Assembly: GCA_030167865.1 (NCBI GenBank)
Contig: JALAGF010003158.1
Location: 1-45,065 of the forward strand
Direction: 5' to 3'
DNA: 45,065 nt
DNA from: Craspedostauros australis
Taxonomy: Eukaryota
Below, piece by piece: positions 11,400-22,512 of the stretch. Under the pieces are notes generated by a model, which worked only from the letters and a program-made list of their open reading frames with translations, made no database searches and was not told the DNA's origin. Position 1 is the stretch's first letter. Every line of letters starts with the position of its first letter. The position numbers and the translations under genes were made by a program.

Positions 11400-12246
11400 C
11401 TTCCTGGTTGGCCGGAGGCAGATAACCTTACCAACGTCGCCATGCATGACAAGGCTGTTGTCTTCATCACAACATACCTGTGTCTCGACGTGCTGGAGAA
11501 TGCCATCATGGCCATGGAGGGCATCAGCTACACGAACTGCATCGTTGTACCATTGGACGATATCACTCACAGCACAGCGGTGCAGTTGTGGCCAAATTAC
11601 GTTGTGTCCACGCCATCCGCAACAAGCGCCCAAACCTTCAATCCAAAGCCGAACCTCATATTGCATATTGATCCCCAGAGAGGGTCCCGGTTGGTTGCAG
11701 CAACGCGACCCACCATCTTCAAGGCTTTCGTGTCCAGCGCAGCCAACGCCGACGTCATCGATGCAGAGGCCGATACGTTTTGGAGGTCCGATCAGAGCAT
11801 CCCAGAGTTTCAGCCAGTGCAGAAGAACACCGCAAAGTCAAGTGATCGGAGCGAATTGATGAAAATCGACAAATCTCAAGTGACCCTCATCCGTGCTGCT
11901 TTACATTCTCAAGATTCGTTCTTCTCGACGCAACGGCGGAAGCAAACATCAACCGACTCCCAATGCACTGCACTTCTTGGCGGTTTGGAATGCTTGGCTT
12001 CAAATCAGCATACGCGGCTTGAACGAAGAATCGCTGGGTCAAGCCTACCTGCAGATGTCTACCAAATTCGCGGGCATGAAGGTCTTCCATTTGATGCCAT
12101 TTGCCAATCCCCGATTCCCCACAGGCGATGCCGACTTCGAAGACATGGACGACAGCACACACCAGTCGGCCTACATTGGTAGTTCACAATAGCCGGTCGT
12201 TCAACCTGTACAAAAGCTCACGCAGTTCAAGCAGAATGGAATGTGG
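11400..12246 (+). pseudogene. Frameshifted nucleotide-diphospho-sugar transferase (Nucleotid_trans/GT77-like) pseudogene
   Basis: Family-like motifs occur in the expected order but in different frames: NCIVVPLDD...RPTIFKAF...EADTFWRSD, then LLYI...PTPNALHFLAVW...FPTG, then VVHN, then KLTQFKQNGMW. The DxD position reads EAD. Confidence 0.65.
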
Positions 12247-13509
12247 GTGACGCCACGCAGAGCCAACCAGCTGTCGAATCGGAAAGATTGCGGAGTGTGA
12301 TTCAGCACGAGGCTGCATGAAGACGGAAGCGAGAGCTGTGGCCGACTTGTCTTCGCTGGGCCGCCGGTCGGTTGATCGTCGTGAAAAAGTACGCCATTGT
12401 CTCCTTCTCCTCGAGAACAGCTCCATCTCCCCACTCGTACGTGTTAATACACGCGTAATGTCTGGAGATGTCGGAGAAGAGTCACCTGTCTCGGACAAGC
12501 TCAAATTGGCTGCAATCCGGCGATATGACCCTGTTGCCTTTGCCATTGCTAACATGATGCGACAATCTGACGGTACTTTCCATGGAGTACGATCAAAGCG
12601 GAAGCAATGAACGAGAAACTATCCAGATGCGTATGGTCCAGATCGCGGCGAAGCTGGAGTGGTCGAGGATACGAGCTGCTCAGATGATGCCATCAGGCCA
12701 TTTGATGACATCACTTTCAATGAAACCAAGTTGTTTTGGCGCTCCCTGGAGAGACCATGTATTGCTTCCACCAACAGGTATGGTAGTACACACAAAGCCA
12801 ATAGCATCAGACGAGACGAGAAAGAACCCAGAAATGGAATGGCGTTGCTGCAGCCTGTGCGACCATCCTCGATGTCGTGCATCTGCAGGCACATGCCCGA
12901 GCTTGGGCTAGGCCGGAAGAGCAAGACTTTGTACTGGTGCGAAGACGACGATGGTACAACGACTAGCTTGCGTCCGTTTCTCTTCGTCATGGGCATGACA
13001 CCACACATACCATACAGTTGCGCTCGACATGAACGCGACATGTACTCCCGACTACGATTGATTCTTTCCGCGCGTACATGAACTTGTTCGGAAGTGATCT
13101 GTACCATTGATTTCTAAAATAGTTAAAAGTATGCATAGTAAATGTGGAGCACCCCTCCACAAACAGTCGGAACAAGTTTCAGTTGATGCTATCGTCACTC
13201 CTCGATGTACTCGGGAGAGGGGACGCCCGTCACGGATGGAGGAGCGTCCCGATGCAACACGGGGCAGTACCACGTGAGCAGATGTTGGCCTCGCTGTGCT
13301 TGTTTGGATACCGGCATGGGAAATGCTCCGACTGCGATGCTTGGCGTTGAACTGCGTGCATTCATGCTTGCGTGCACGGTGCAGCAGTCCATGTGCCGGA
13401 TTCCCCGAATATCCCTTACCTGCCTCACCTCGATCACCACTGCCGTGATTTGGTATGGTATGGTATCATACGCTGTGGCATGCCCGTAAGCCCCGTCCAA
13501 CGTTCTCCC

Positions 13510-13845
13510 TCAATTGAACAACGCCCGTGCCATGTCAAAGTTGGTGTTGGCCTTCTTTTGGTTTGCCCCTGTCGCCTTCCAATCCTTCTCTCGGTCGTGC
13601 TGCTCCTTGCGCACAGAACTCTCCACCGTCTCCACGGCCATGTTCACGTCGCGCAAGTTGGTCTTGGTGTCCGCCTTCGTGGCCTTCCAGTCCTTCTCGC
13701 GGTTGTGCTGCTCATTCCTCACCGCGCCTTCCACCGTCTCCACGGCCATGTTCACATCTCTAAGATTCTTCTTCGTGTCGGCGACCTTCCTCTGCACTTC
13801 CTTCTTCTTTTTGGTTTGACCGAGTCCGAACATCAATTCTGCCAT
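13510..13845 (-). CDS. Small charged protein (111 aa) with two tandem 36-aa repeats
   Basis: ATG at 13845. The repeats ADTKKNLRDVNMAVETVEGAVRNEQHNREKDWKATK and ADTKTNLRDVNMAVETVESSVRKEQHDREKDWKATG have no indels. Third codon positions are rich in G/C. Confidence 0.75.
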   Translation of the reverse strand: MAELMFGLGQTKKKKEVQRKVADTKKNLRDVNMAVETVEGAVRNEQHNREKDWKATKADTKTNLRDVNMAVETVESSVRKEQHDREKDWKATGANQKKANTNFDMARALFN

Positions 13846-14510
13846 CTTGGAGGAGCGGTTTGGTGTGAGAAGGTGTGGGCGTGGATGAGCTTGCGGCTGT
13901 GCCTTGGTTTGTGGGTCCTTGCGCTCGTGTGCACAGGATGGTATGCTGGGTTTTATGAGATCTTTTGATGGATCGCGTGCTCGGTTGCGACCGCTGTTGT
14001 TGGTGGTGGTGATGCGCACCTTCGCGCCTGTTGACATCACAAAACCGTGCCCACGTCGCACATCATGTGCGTATCACTACTTCGCGCACAAAGCGGCCAG
14101 GATGAGTGTGGAGGCTTGTGTAATACAACGACGAGTGTGTACTTCAACCAAAGCGGTGCCCATGGATGATGACTATGACTGTGTCATCATCAACGATGAC
14201 GACGACAGAACCCCTGTTTATGCCCATGCGAACACACAGACGACAATAATTATTGGCGAAAAGGCTTCCCAACAGAATTCTCTTTCTTCCATTATAACGG
14301 TCGCACATGGTTCCAAATTCTGTTTCACAATTTCCATTCGGATGATTCGAACGTGATCACATTTCGACAACAAAGCAAACTTCGATCTTGTCAAACAACG
14401 TCGTGGGTTGACACGATGGCAATGGCCACAAAAGATCTACCTGGAGGACGTACCATACATTCTCCACGATGGTTGCAATGATTGCGATCGTGTCGATGGC
14501 AAACAGTAGT

Positions 14511-14595
14511 CAACGCAACAACACAACAGCGCAACAGCGCAACAGCGCAACAACGCAACAACGCAACAACGCAACAACGCAACAACGCAACAACG
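14511..14595. repeat. Compound (CAACAGCG)/(CAACAACG)n microsatellite
   Basis: About 10 tandem 8-bp units seen directly. Confidence 0.9.
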
Positions 14596-14845
14596 AAAGC
14601 AGCCATTGCATAACACAAGAGTATTCAATTGTGCATGCTCGTCCACCACAAACAAGAATAATATGATTCGTTACCCCTTCTCGTTCCAATCAGAGCCCTC
14701 GACATGCTCATTGATCCGCCACACGTTCTTGCAGAAGACGGTTATTGTGGAACAAGCTCGTGCCCAATCGTATGGTGTAGAGCACAGATTCGTGCGCCAT
14801 TTCCAGCCAACGCGTCGTGTTCGCAGCTAACATTGCGGAAACAGC

Positions 14846-15832
14846 ATGAAGGAACGACGACGGAACGACGTGCGCCGCAGCACGATCATTCCACCTGCAT
14901 CGAACACCAAGATCCTTGTGTGGATTTCTGTATTTTCCGGCCTGCTCTCCATCTGCAACCTGGCGTTGACAATGTCGAGAATGACGCCAACTCGCCACCA
15001 ACTGCGGCAGCAAACCCTCGCATCCAACCGACCGCATTCTCCGTCTCAGCGGACGCTGCTGCCCACCGAAAACGAGATGTACAGCGTGGGAAATGGTTGG
15101 ATCATTTTTCAGCACGGGGATCTGAAGACCGGTCAAGATCAGGTACGGTCCACGCCATCTCGCATCGGCACAGCGAGTAGCACTGGCAAAGTTGTGGGCA
15201 CGAACCAGAGAACTGGTCATGGCTCAATGTCGAACGCGAAGCATGAAGTACCAACACTTCAACAGATCTCAGGCAGTGTGGGAGCACGGGAGATTGCAGC
15301 ACTTGTTCGAGATGGTCGTGATCGCTCGGGCCGATGGGAGTATGATCGACGGGCGCACGACATCTCCCAAGGCGCAACAGAAACGAGAAGGGATGAGATG
15401 TTGTTGCCTCGTGCCCATCAGACATATGTTTCAAGTCAACAAGCGCAAGCACAAACGCAACAGCGGCAGAAGCAGGAGCAGAGGCATCCAAGACCGCCAT
15501 CCGTCATTGACATCACGCCGCGAAACGCGCGACACGAACTGCTCACACAAAACTTCGCAGAACCACCAGCTTCGTTTCGCGCTGTTCGATCGAGTTCCAT
15601 CAAGTGGCTATCCATCCTGATGTACACGACCGCCATAACCACAGGCATTATCATGGGCAAGAGGTTGCTAGACAAAGTTTTCCAGTACGACCTGGAAGCA
15701 CGCGAACGGTTGTTGGTGTATGACATCGCCTGCACGGATTCGGCGACGCCTGCGGAGTACGGAACCATCCTGCGCACGATAGGCAGCAGTTCGTGTTGGT
15801 CCGGGTCTCATTTGGATCGATTCGATGTGTAG
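14846..15832 (+). CDS. Hypothetical membrane protein (328 aa)
   Basis: Long ORF with hydrophobic segments near the N-terminus (ILVWISVFSGLLSICNLAL) and C-terminus (WLSILMYTTAITTGIIMG). The C-terminal tail LVYDIACT...YG...WSGSHLDRFDV resembles a motif recalled from diatom hypotheticals. Confidence 0.7.
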   Translation: MKERRRNDVRRSTIIPPASNTKILVWISVFSGLLSICNLALTMSRMTPTRHQLRQQTLASNRPHSPSQRTLLPTENEMYSVGNGWIIFQHGDLKTGQDQVRSTPSRIGTASSTGKVVGTNQRTGHGSMSNAKHEVPTLQQISGSVGAREIAALVRDGRDRSGRWEYDRRAHDISQGATETRRDEMLLPRAHQTYVSSQQAQAQTQQRQKQEQRHPRPPSVIDITPRNARHELLTQNFAEPPASFRAVRSSSIKWLSILMYTTAITTGIIMGKRLLDKVFQYDLEARERLLVYDIACTDSATPAEYGTILRTIGSSSCWSGSHLDRFDV

Positions 15833-16750
15833 GTCGGAGGCAGAGGCCGGAGCCTGATGCTGTCGGTAGGTGTGCGTTTACGCGGGGATGGATAGATGGG
15901 TGGGTGGGTGAACGAGGGTGTGCTCTTCTACCGCTGGTCTCGCTTAAAACGCCGATGAATGCTGTAGAGGACACTATTGCATAATATGATAGTACAGAGC
16001 ATGCTGTCCTGCCTGTGTACATACTTATGTAGTACTGCTACTCTTCTCTCCAGTGTTCCCCAAACGTAGCCGTATCTCTCTCTCTCTCTGTTCTTGGGGC
16101 AGCACACGCACGCACTTGTACAGTCGCCGCGAGCAGAGAAGCAAGCACAGCAAGGTGTTGCCTGAGTTGTTCCATCAGTCACGAACGTCAACGTGACCAA
16201 GAACAACGGCGGCAGATCCAGTGCCCGGATTCTTGATTTGGTGGTCACAAAACCACGAATCCGCAAAGTCACACAAACTCTCCCCAATGATAAAATATCG
16301 TGTGTTCCGCGGCGCTATTCGGCGGCATGAACGAGAGAGTCTGCAATGTCCATACGAACAGCACGCCCAAAGCGGCAAAGGGAGAGAGGAGGGAAGGAAC
16401 CAATCCTGTGTGGTGCACCTGTGCCTTCACTTCTGCACAACAACGCGCCGACCCCCTCTCCGCCGAGAATTGCAGAGCACGAAGAAGAATCGACCGCCGT
16501 TGGCCACAAACAACCGAAACATAACTACACATAGTTGTATGGTACGAGTACCTGCAGTTCACAATTGTGTTGCGGTCGCTGGTTGCAGGTCACTGGTTGC
16601 TGGTTGCTGTCACACTCTACGACTACACCAACTCCAAAGCACCCTTCTTGCATCGCCAAGTCGCAGCATCGGCCGGGAGCGCAGCAGAAACAGCAGCAGG
16701 ACTACCCTCACAACCAGCGGCTCCTTCCATGGTGAGATACGCAGGAGACG

Positions 16751-18293
16751 ATGAACTCCACCAGCAACGCGACATCCGCAGGTTTGGACAGCGGCAATGC
16801 CAGCGATGGCGACGACTTTGAGCGCAACGATTTGGATCGCATCCAATACATCTTCATCCTCATCGCCATCACCGCGTCCAGCTTCGCATCGCTTTGCGGA
16901 TCAGCCACCATCCTCAAGCTCATCCGTAGCAAGCTCGACACCACCCATCACCGCACGCTCTTCGCCATTTGCGTTGTGGATGCCATCATCAGTTCCTCCA
17001 ACATGGTCCACTTGTACCTGCTCCCCGAGGACAAGACGGAGAACCCGTACGCATTCGGGAACACGACCAGCTGCACAGCCGTGGGCTTCATCCTGACGTC
17101 CTTCGGCATCATCCTGGCGGTGCAGAGCTGCTTCCTCAGCGTCAACTTTTTGCTGCAGATCCGATACAAGTGGACCGACGAAGGCGTGGGCAACAGCGTG
17201 GAGCGATTCATGCAGGTGCTTTCCGTCGTCCTCAGCTTCCCTTTGGCCATCTTTGCATCCACCCAGGGCAACTTCAACCCTGATCACGTCTCTGGCATTT
17301 GCATCATGAAGGAGTTCCCCGACAATTGTCACGTGGACGAGGATGTGGAATGTGAGCGCGGTGGCGAATATGGCAGTTCTCTCGCACGCATCGCGGCGGC
17401 CATGATTCTGGTCTTTGCCATCGTGGGATTCGGGAGCATGATCATGCTGTATCTGACAGTGCGGAGCACCATCAACAACAGCGGGAAGTTCGAATTCGCA
17501 CCGCAGGTCAACGACAAGCAGAAGCAGCGGTTGCGGCGCGTATCATGGCAGTGCTGCATGTACGGGTTGTAAGTATTTTGGAGTACTCTGCCCTTGAGAG
17601 ATTGGCATTGTGCTGCTCGATGACAATCTCGCTTTGCAGCAAATCCAACGTGGGCATGTGCGTAGCATGTGTGCATATGCGTGGCTGCATTCACTTCAAT
17701 CCCATTGCTTGCGTCCCACGAGCATCAACCATTTCTCACCTACCGTCTCCTCCCTCCTTCCGTTGATCTCACTGGCTTCCTCTCCAACCACCTCTCTTCG
17801 CTTCGTAATCAACACACGCACATACACATGCTCATGCACACCCACACCCACAAACATGCATGGCAGAGCATACTTCAACACGATCATCTGGCCAATCTTG
17901 AACACCGTCCTCAGCTCCATGGAGAATTTTGAGAAGCAGTTAGGAAGCCCTGGTCCATACGCCATCATTCTGGTGGGATATGCTGCGTTCCCGCTGCAGG
18001 GCCTGCTGAATTTCATCATTTTCATCACGCCACGATACCAAACCTGGCGGCGAGTGCTGCCGGATGAGCCATGGACGTACGTAATGCGACAGGTGCTGTC
18101 CGGCAAGGACCCACCAACACGAAACAGCACCATGACTCGCTTTGTTTCGCAGAGCAGTAGAACACGGAACTTTTACAGCAGCCGGCACATGGAATACCGC
18201 GCTCCAGTGCGATGCGCGATTTCAAAAAGTCCAGAACCACCGGCTGCGGCAGATGATACGGAGCAGCCTGGCACCATCCCCGAGGAGCCTTGA
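16751..18293 (+). CDS. Seven-transmembrane GPCR-like protein (diatom family), two exons, ~414 aa
   Basis: Exons 16751-17568 and 17867-18293 splice to ...MYGLAYFNTIIWP. Motifs include ASLCGSATI (TM1), AFGNTTSCTAVGF, a Cys-rich loop CIMKEFPDNC...VECERG and FPLQGLLNFIIFITPRY (TM7). N-terminal N-glycosylation sequons are present. Confidence 0.88.
17569..17866 (+). other. Spliceosomal intron (298 bp, phase 2)
   Basis: GTAAGT donor and TGGCAG acceptor; joins the TM1-5 part to TM6-7 in frame. Confidence 0.85.
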
Positions 18294-20153
18294 ACGAAGC
18301 AGTGAACATGGAATTCAACCAAATTGTGAGCGCATGGCGCCATCATTCAATATGCATTTGGAATGTGTGATACGGAAGCACGCGCTCTCTGCTCCCGTAC
18401 ACGCTCAAGCATTCTCATACATCACGGAGCAGTGCAGAATCGAACAGAGCAGAGCAAACATCTTTGCGAGGTCAGGAACGACGAAAGCGCGATTGATGAA
18501 GCAAATGGGCAGCCAGCCGGCCCGCCATCAATCTGGCAACAGTGGTGTTACCAATAGAGACTTCCGCAGCTGGTTGAAAGCACGAGCTTCTGTGCACGCT
18601 CGGAAAAGGCGGACGATCGCTGCAACTGCTGCAACGCCTTGCGTTCAGATTGGATGACGATGCTGCCATGGCAAATTCAGTGGGACGCGCAGCACCTTTG
18701 ATAGAGTGTTGGGGTCAGATCCAACAAGCCGAGTCAATTACCCTCTAAACAGGGGAGGCGAGAGACTCGTCGCATTCTCGTTGCAGCAATGACCTCCCTA
18801 GATCGCTAGGCAGAAATAATGCGGGTGGTCCAGGAGATCGGTCACCAAGCAATGCGACAGTGAATTGCAAGTGGACACGGCACACACGACGATGGGTCGC
18901 ACTACGCATTGAGATCAAGTCGCGATCCAGACTTCGTCGTGTAGCTTCAGAAAATGAGGCAGGACAGGCAGGAGTTTGCCAATCCTCATCCCGGATCCTC
19001 AAGGTATTGGGAGAGGCGTCCATTCCAAAGTGAGGGGCACAAGAAGGGCAACAGGTCAGAGTATCCGCGTGGTTGCGCGGCCTCCTGCTGATCAGGAGAG
19101 CCAAAACGAATAACGGGTTGTGCGTGGAGGAGACGTATCAGCGGTTGGGCCGCAAGCAGTTCCCTGCATCTTCCCCAGAGTCTCCAATAGAAATTGAGTT
19201 GACTCAACGACCCCACTCCACTCCAGCGCAGTAACAGAGCACTTCAAAGCAAGGTAATTTTTGCAGGTGGAAGACCTTCCGACAACACTCATACGGGTGT
19301 GGTATACTTGTATGATAGATCGAAATGAATAGAAATTGTAATCGCCTGTAGTTGCACTCATATGTAGTTGTATCCGCCTGCTCTATTTTATGTGTACTTG
19401 TATGTATAGTACGGCACCACACCATCCATGTTCTCCTGTCTATCTCCGTCTCTCTAGTTTCATACTATTGCCTAGGAGATTTCGTTTTCGTGGATCCACT
19501 GGCGACTCACTCGTGAATGAAGATATTGTTGGCATGTTCGGACGACGTTCAGACGGCTGACGTGTTGGCCTTCCATCTTGTTTCGTCATGGTCGGGTTGA
19601 TGTGAGATGCGGTGATGGGAATCTTGTCGTTTGAATTTGAGTGAGTCGATTTTGATTGGTCGATTGTCAGTCAAACCAATCGTGCTATCGTTGAGTCCCG
19701 TGAAGTTGATGGATCCGTGAAGAGTTTTCGTTCGTTCGTACGCACACAAACATCAACAACACATCACGAGTGCCACACACACACCCACACACACACCTCA
19801 ACGAGGAGCAGTGTGGTGTTGATTGGAAGCTGTGGGGGTGTCATTGCCATCACTCGCTGTCGTTGTTGTTTTGGTGGTGATGGTGTCTCTCGCTCCTTGC
19901 GGTTCTGTGGATCCGTCCAAGCTGCGCGTGAAGTTAATGGCAGCAGCCATCAGGTTCGTTGTTTTCCGTGCAAGAGCGCACAAGGAAACGACGACGACGC
20001 TCTCATCCGCCTCAACATCAAAGATTGCAATCCCGTTCCTTGATCTCGCACAAGGTCGCCCGCACTCTTCTGAGCCGACGACAACAGCAGCAACAGCAGC
20101 ATACAATTAATTGTCGACGAGCAAAATAGGCAAAACCAATCAACTGATCAATC

Positions 20154-22145
20154 ATGAAGTTCACTTGCATCCTTTCTGTCGTTGCGATCCTCCCGGCCGC
20201 CTCTGGCTTCGGCATCCCCACCGCAACAACCACCAGCGCCGTGAGCCGCACCGCTCTCTTTGCCGAGAACGGCACCTCGGAAGCTGCACCGAAGAAGGTG
20301 ATCGTGTTGGGAGGAGACGGATTCTGCGGATGGCCAACCTCGCTGTACTTGAGCGATCAAGGTCATGACGTTGTCATCGTCGACAACCTGTCCCGACGCA
20401 ACATCGACAACGAATTGGGATGCGATTCCTTGACGCCCATTTCCAGTCCGGAAGTAAGTTCTTGCATACAAGCATACATGGGATCACCATGTCATCCCAA
20501 TGGCTTGTGTTGCGCCGTATTGTATTGTTGGTACACGCGGTGGAGTCTATAACATGCCGTGCGAGGCTTGACGCGGTGACACCAGCTGCTTTCATCGCCA
20601 ATGGCTCTGATGTAACCACGATCGAGTTCCCCTTCACATCACATGATCTCACGATCACTTTTTCCTCTTCATCACACCGTCGTCGGACCTCGTTCCACAC
20701 CGCTCTATCGAATATGCCATCATGCGATTGTTGAAATGGCGCACGGCATCGGCACGATCTGTGTTTGCGCGTCCATGTCATCTGCAATATCATACATTCC
20801 AATACCCGTCTGTGTTGGTTGTGATCAACGCTCTGTGCATCGTGGGAACTTGGTCATGGAACTATTTTCGTTCCAACCACGCCCTTCCACTCTTCTTCTT
20901 GTCACATGCTCTGCCATGCCCCACCCCTCTTCATATCCATCTTCATGTGTTGTACAATTCCTTCTTGCCCGTACGTGATTGGGCATCCAACTCCATCTGA
21001 CACTCTTCTGGGCATGCTGACTGTGCAAACTCACATGCGAAACCACGCGCATACGCTTTGTCGAATGTCTTGCGCAGGCCCGTGTCGAGGCATGGAAGGA
21101 GGTCAGCGGAAAGGACATCAAGTTCGTTAACTTGGATGTTGCTAAGGAATACGACCTCCTCGTCCAGCTCATCAAGGAGGAGGAGCCAGACAGCATCGTG
21201 CACTTCGCGGAGCAGCGCGCCGCTCCATACTCCATGAAGAATGCCAAGGCCAAGCGATACACCGTCGACAACAACGTCGGAGGAGCCAACAACCTTTGCT
21301 GCGCCGTCATCGACAGTGAAGTCGATGCGCACATCGTCCATTTGGGAACCATGGGCGTGTACGGATACGGAACCTCCGGAGGCCAAATCCCAGAGGGTTA
21401 CATTGACGTCGTCCTCCCAGGAGGCCGCGAATCCAACATCCTCCATCCAGCCTACCCAGGCTCCGTCTACCACGCCACCAAGTGCCTCGATGCCATCTTG
21501 TGGCAATTCTACCAAAAGAACGACCAGCTCCGAATCACCGATCTGCACCAGGGCATCGTGTGGGGCACCAACACACCACAGACCGTCCTCGACGAGCGAT
21601 TGATCAACCGCTTCGACTACGACGGAGACTACGGAACCGTGCTCAACCGCTTCCTCATGCAGGCTGCCATGGGCGTCCCACTCACCGTTTACGGTACCGG
21701 TGGACAGACCCGCGCCTTCATCCACGTTACCGACACTGCCCGATGCATCGATATCGCCATCAACAACCCACCAGCTCAGGGCGACCGCGTCGAGATCTTC
21801 AACCAAATCGCCGAGACGCGACGCGTCAGGGACATCGCTCAGATGGTCGCCGATATGACCGACGTCCAGGTCGACTTCATCCCCAACCCACGTCAGGAGG
21901 CCGCGGAGAATGAGCTCGAGGTGTCCAATGAGAAATTCTGCAATTTGGGACTCGACCCCATCACGCTCGACACTGGATTGTTCGAGGAGGTCACAGAAGT
22001 CGTTAAGAAGTATCAATCCCGATGCGATCCAACAAAGATCCTGCCAGCATCGTTCTGGAATAAGAAGCGTGCCGCGGAGTGCGCATCCCTGGATCCAAAT
22101 TCCGTCAAGATCAGCACGGCACCAGAGGAGGTCAAGTCGGAGTAA
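20154..22145 (+). CDS. SQD1: UDP-sulfoquinovose synthase, plastid-targeted, two exons, ~455 aa
   Basis: Exons 20154-20453 and 21078-22145. Motifs: VIVLGGDGFCGWPT (NAD-binding), HFAEQRAAPYSM, HLGTMGVYG, PGSVYHATK, TDLHQGIVWG, FDYDGDYGTVLNRF, PLTVYGTGGQTRAFI. A signal peptide ending ASG-F followed by an S/T-rich transit peptide forms an ASAFAP-type bipartite presequence. Confidence 0.97.
20454..21077 (+). other. Spliceosomal intron (624 bp, phase 0)
   Basis: GAA|GTAAGT donor and TGCGCAG|GCC acceptor give ...ISSPE-ARVEAWKEVSGK, matching the SQD1 region. Confidence 0.9.
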
Positions 22146-22512
22146 GCACGTCGCATGTCATGCAGCACTTGGCGCAATGCGATAATCAGCACTCTGCAAT
22201 TAACCAACCTAACCTGAAACAAAACGAACTGAGCTGAACTATTATATTATGTACCAATCTAATGATGATCACATTTGGCATGCTGCAAATCCAAACGAAA
22301 GTTAAGCAGAGTACTCTTCCAAGAAATCAATTATTCTCCCCTGCTATTCTGGGCCTGCACCATACTATCAGCCAACACTGTGCCAGGTCAATCCTCTGCA
22401 TGTGGTACAAGTGCGCTGAAAGTAAGTACTCTAATCTACTATTCTCCACACAAGTGGGCGCCCCTCCGAGCGCGGCGCATGTTATGCGAATGTCCAAGCC
22501 ACCTTTGACACA

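Noticed and set aside
12300..13500. Cluster of short ORFs on both strands
   Set aside because: No recognisable family or coherent splice model; may be decayed sequence but this cannot be supported.
14511..14595. Repeat array considered as CRISPR or telomere-like
   Set aside because: Short tandem units without unique spacers in a eukaryotic context; a simple microsatellite.
18700..19300. Possible TE remnant between the GPCR gene and SQD1
   Set aside because: No terminal repeats, target-site duplication or transposase/RT motif identifiable.
20943..22016. 357-aa antisense ORF over SQD1
   Set aside because: Shadow ORF explained by the strong codon bias of SQD1 exon 2; no independent motifs.
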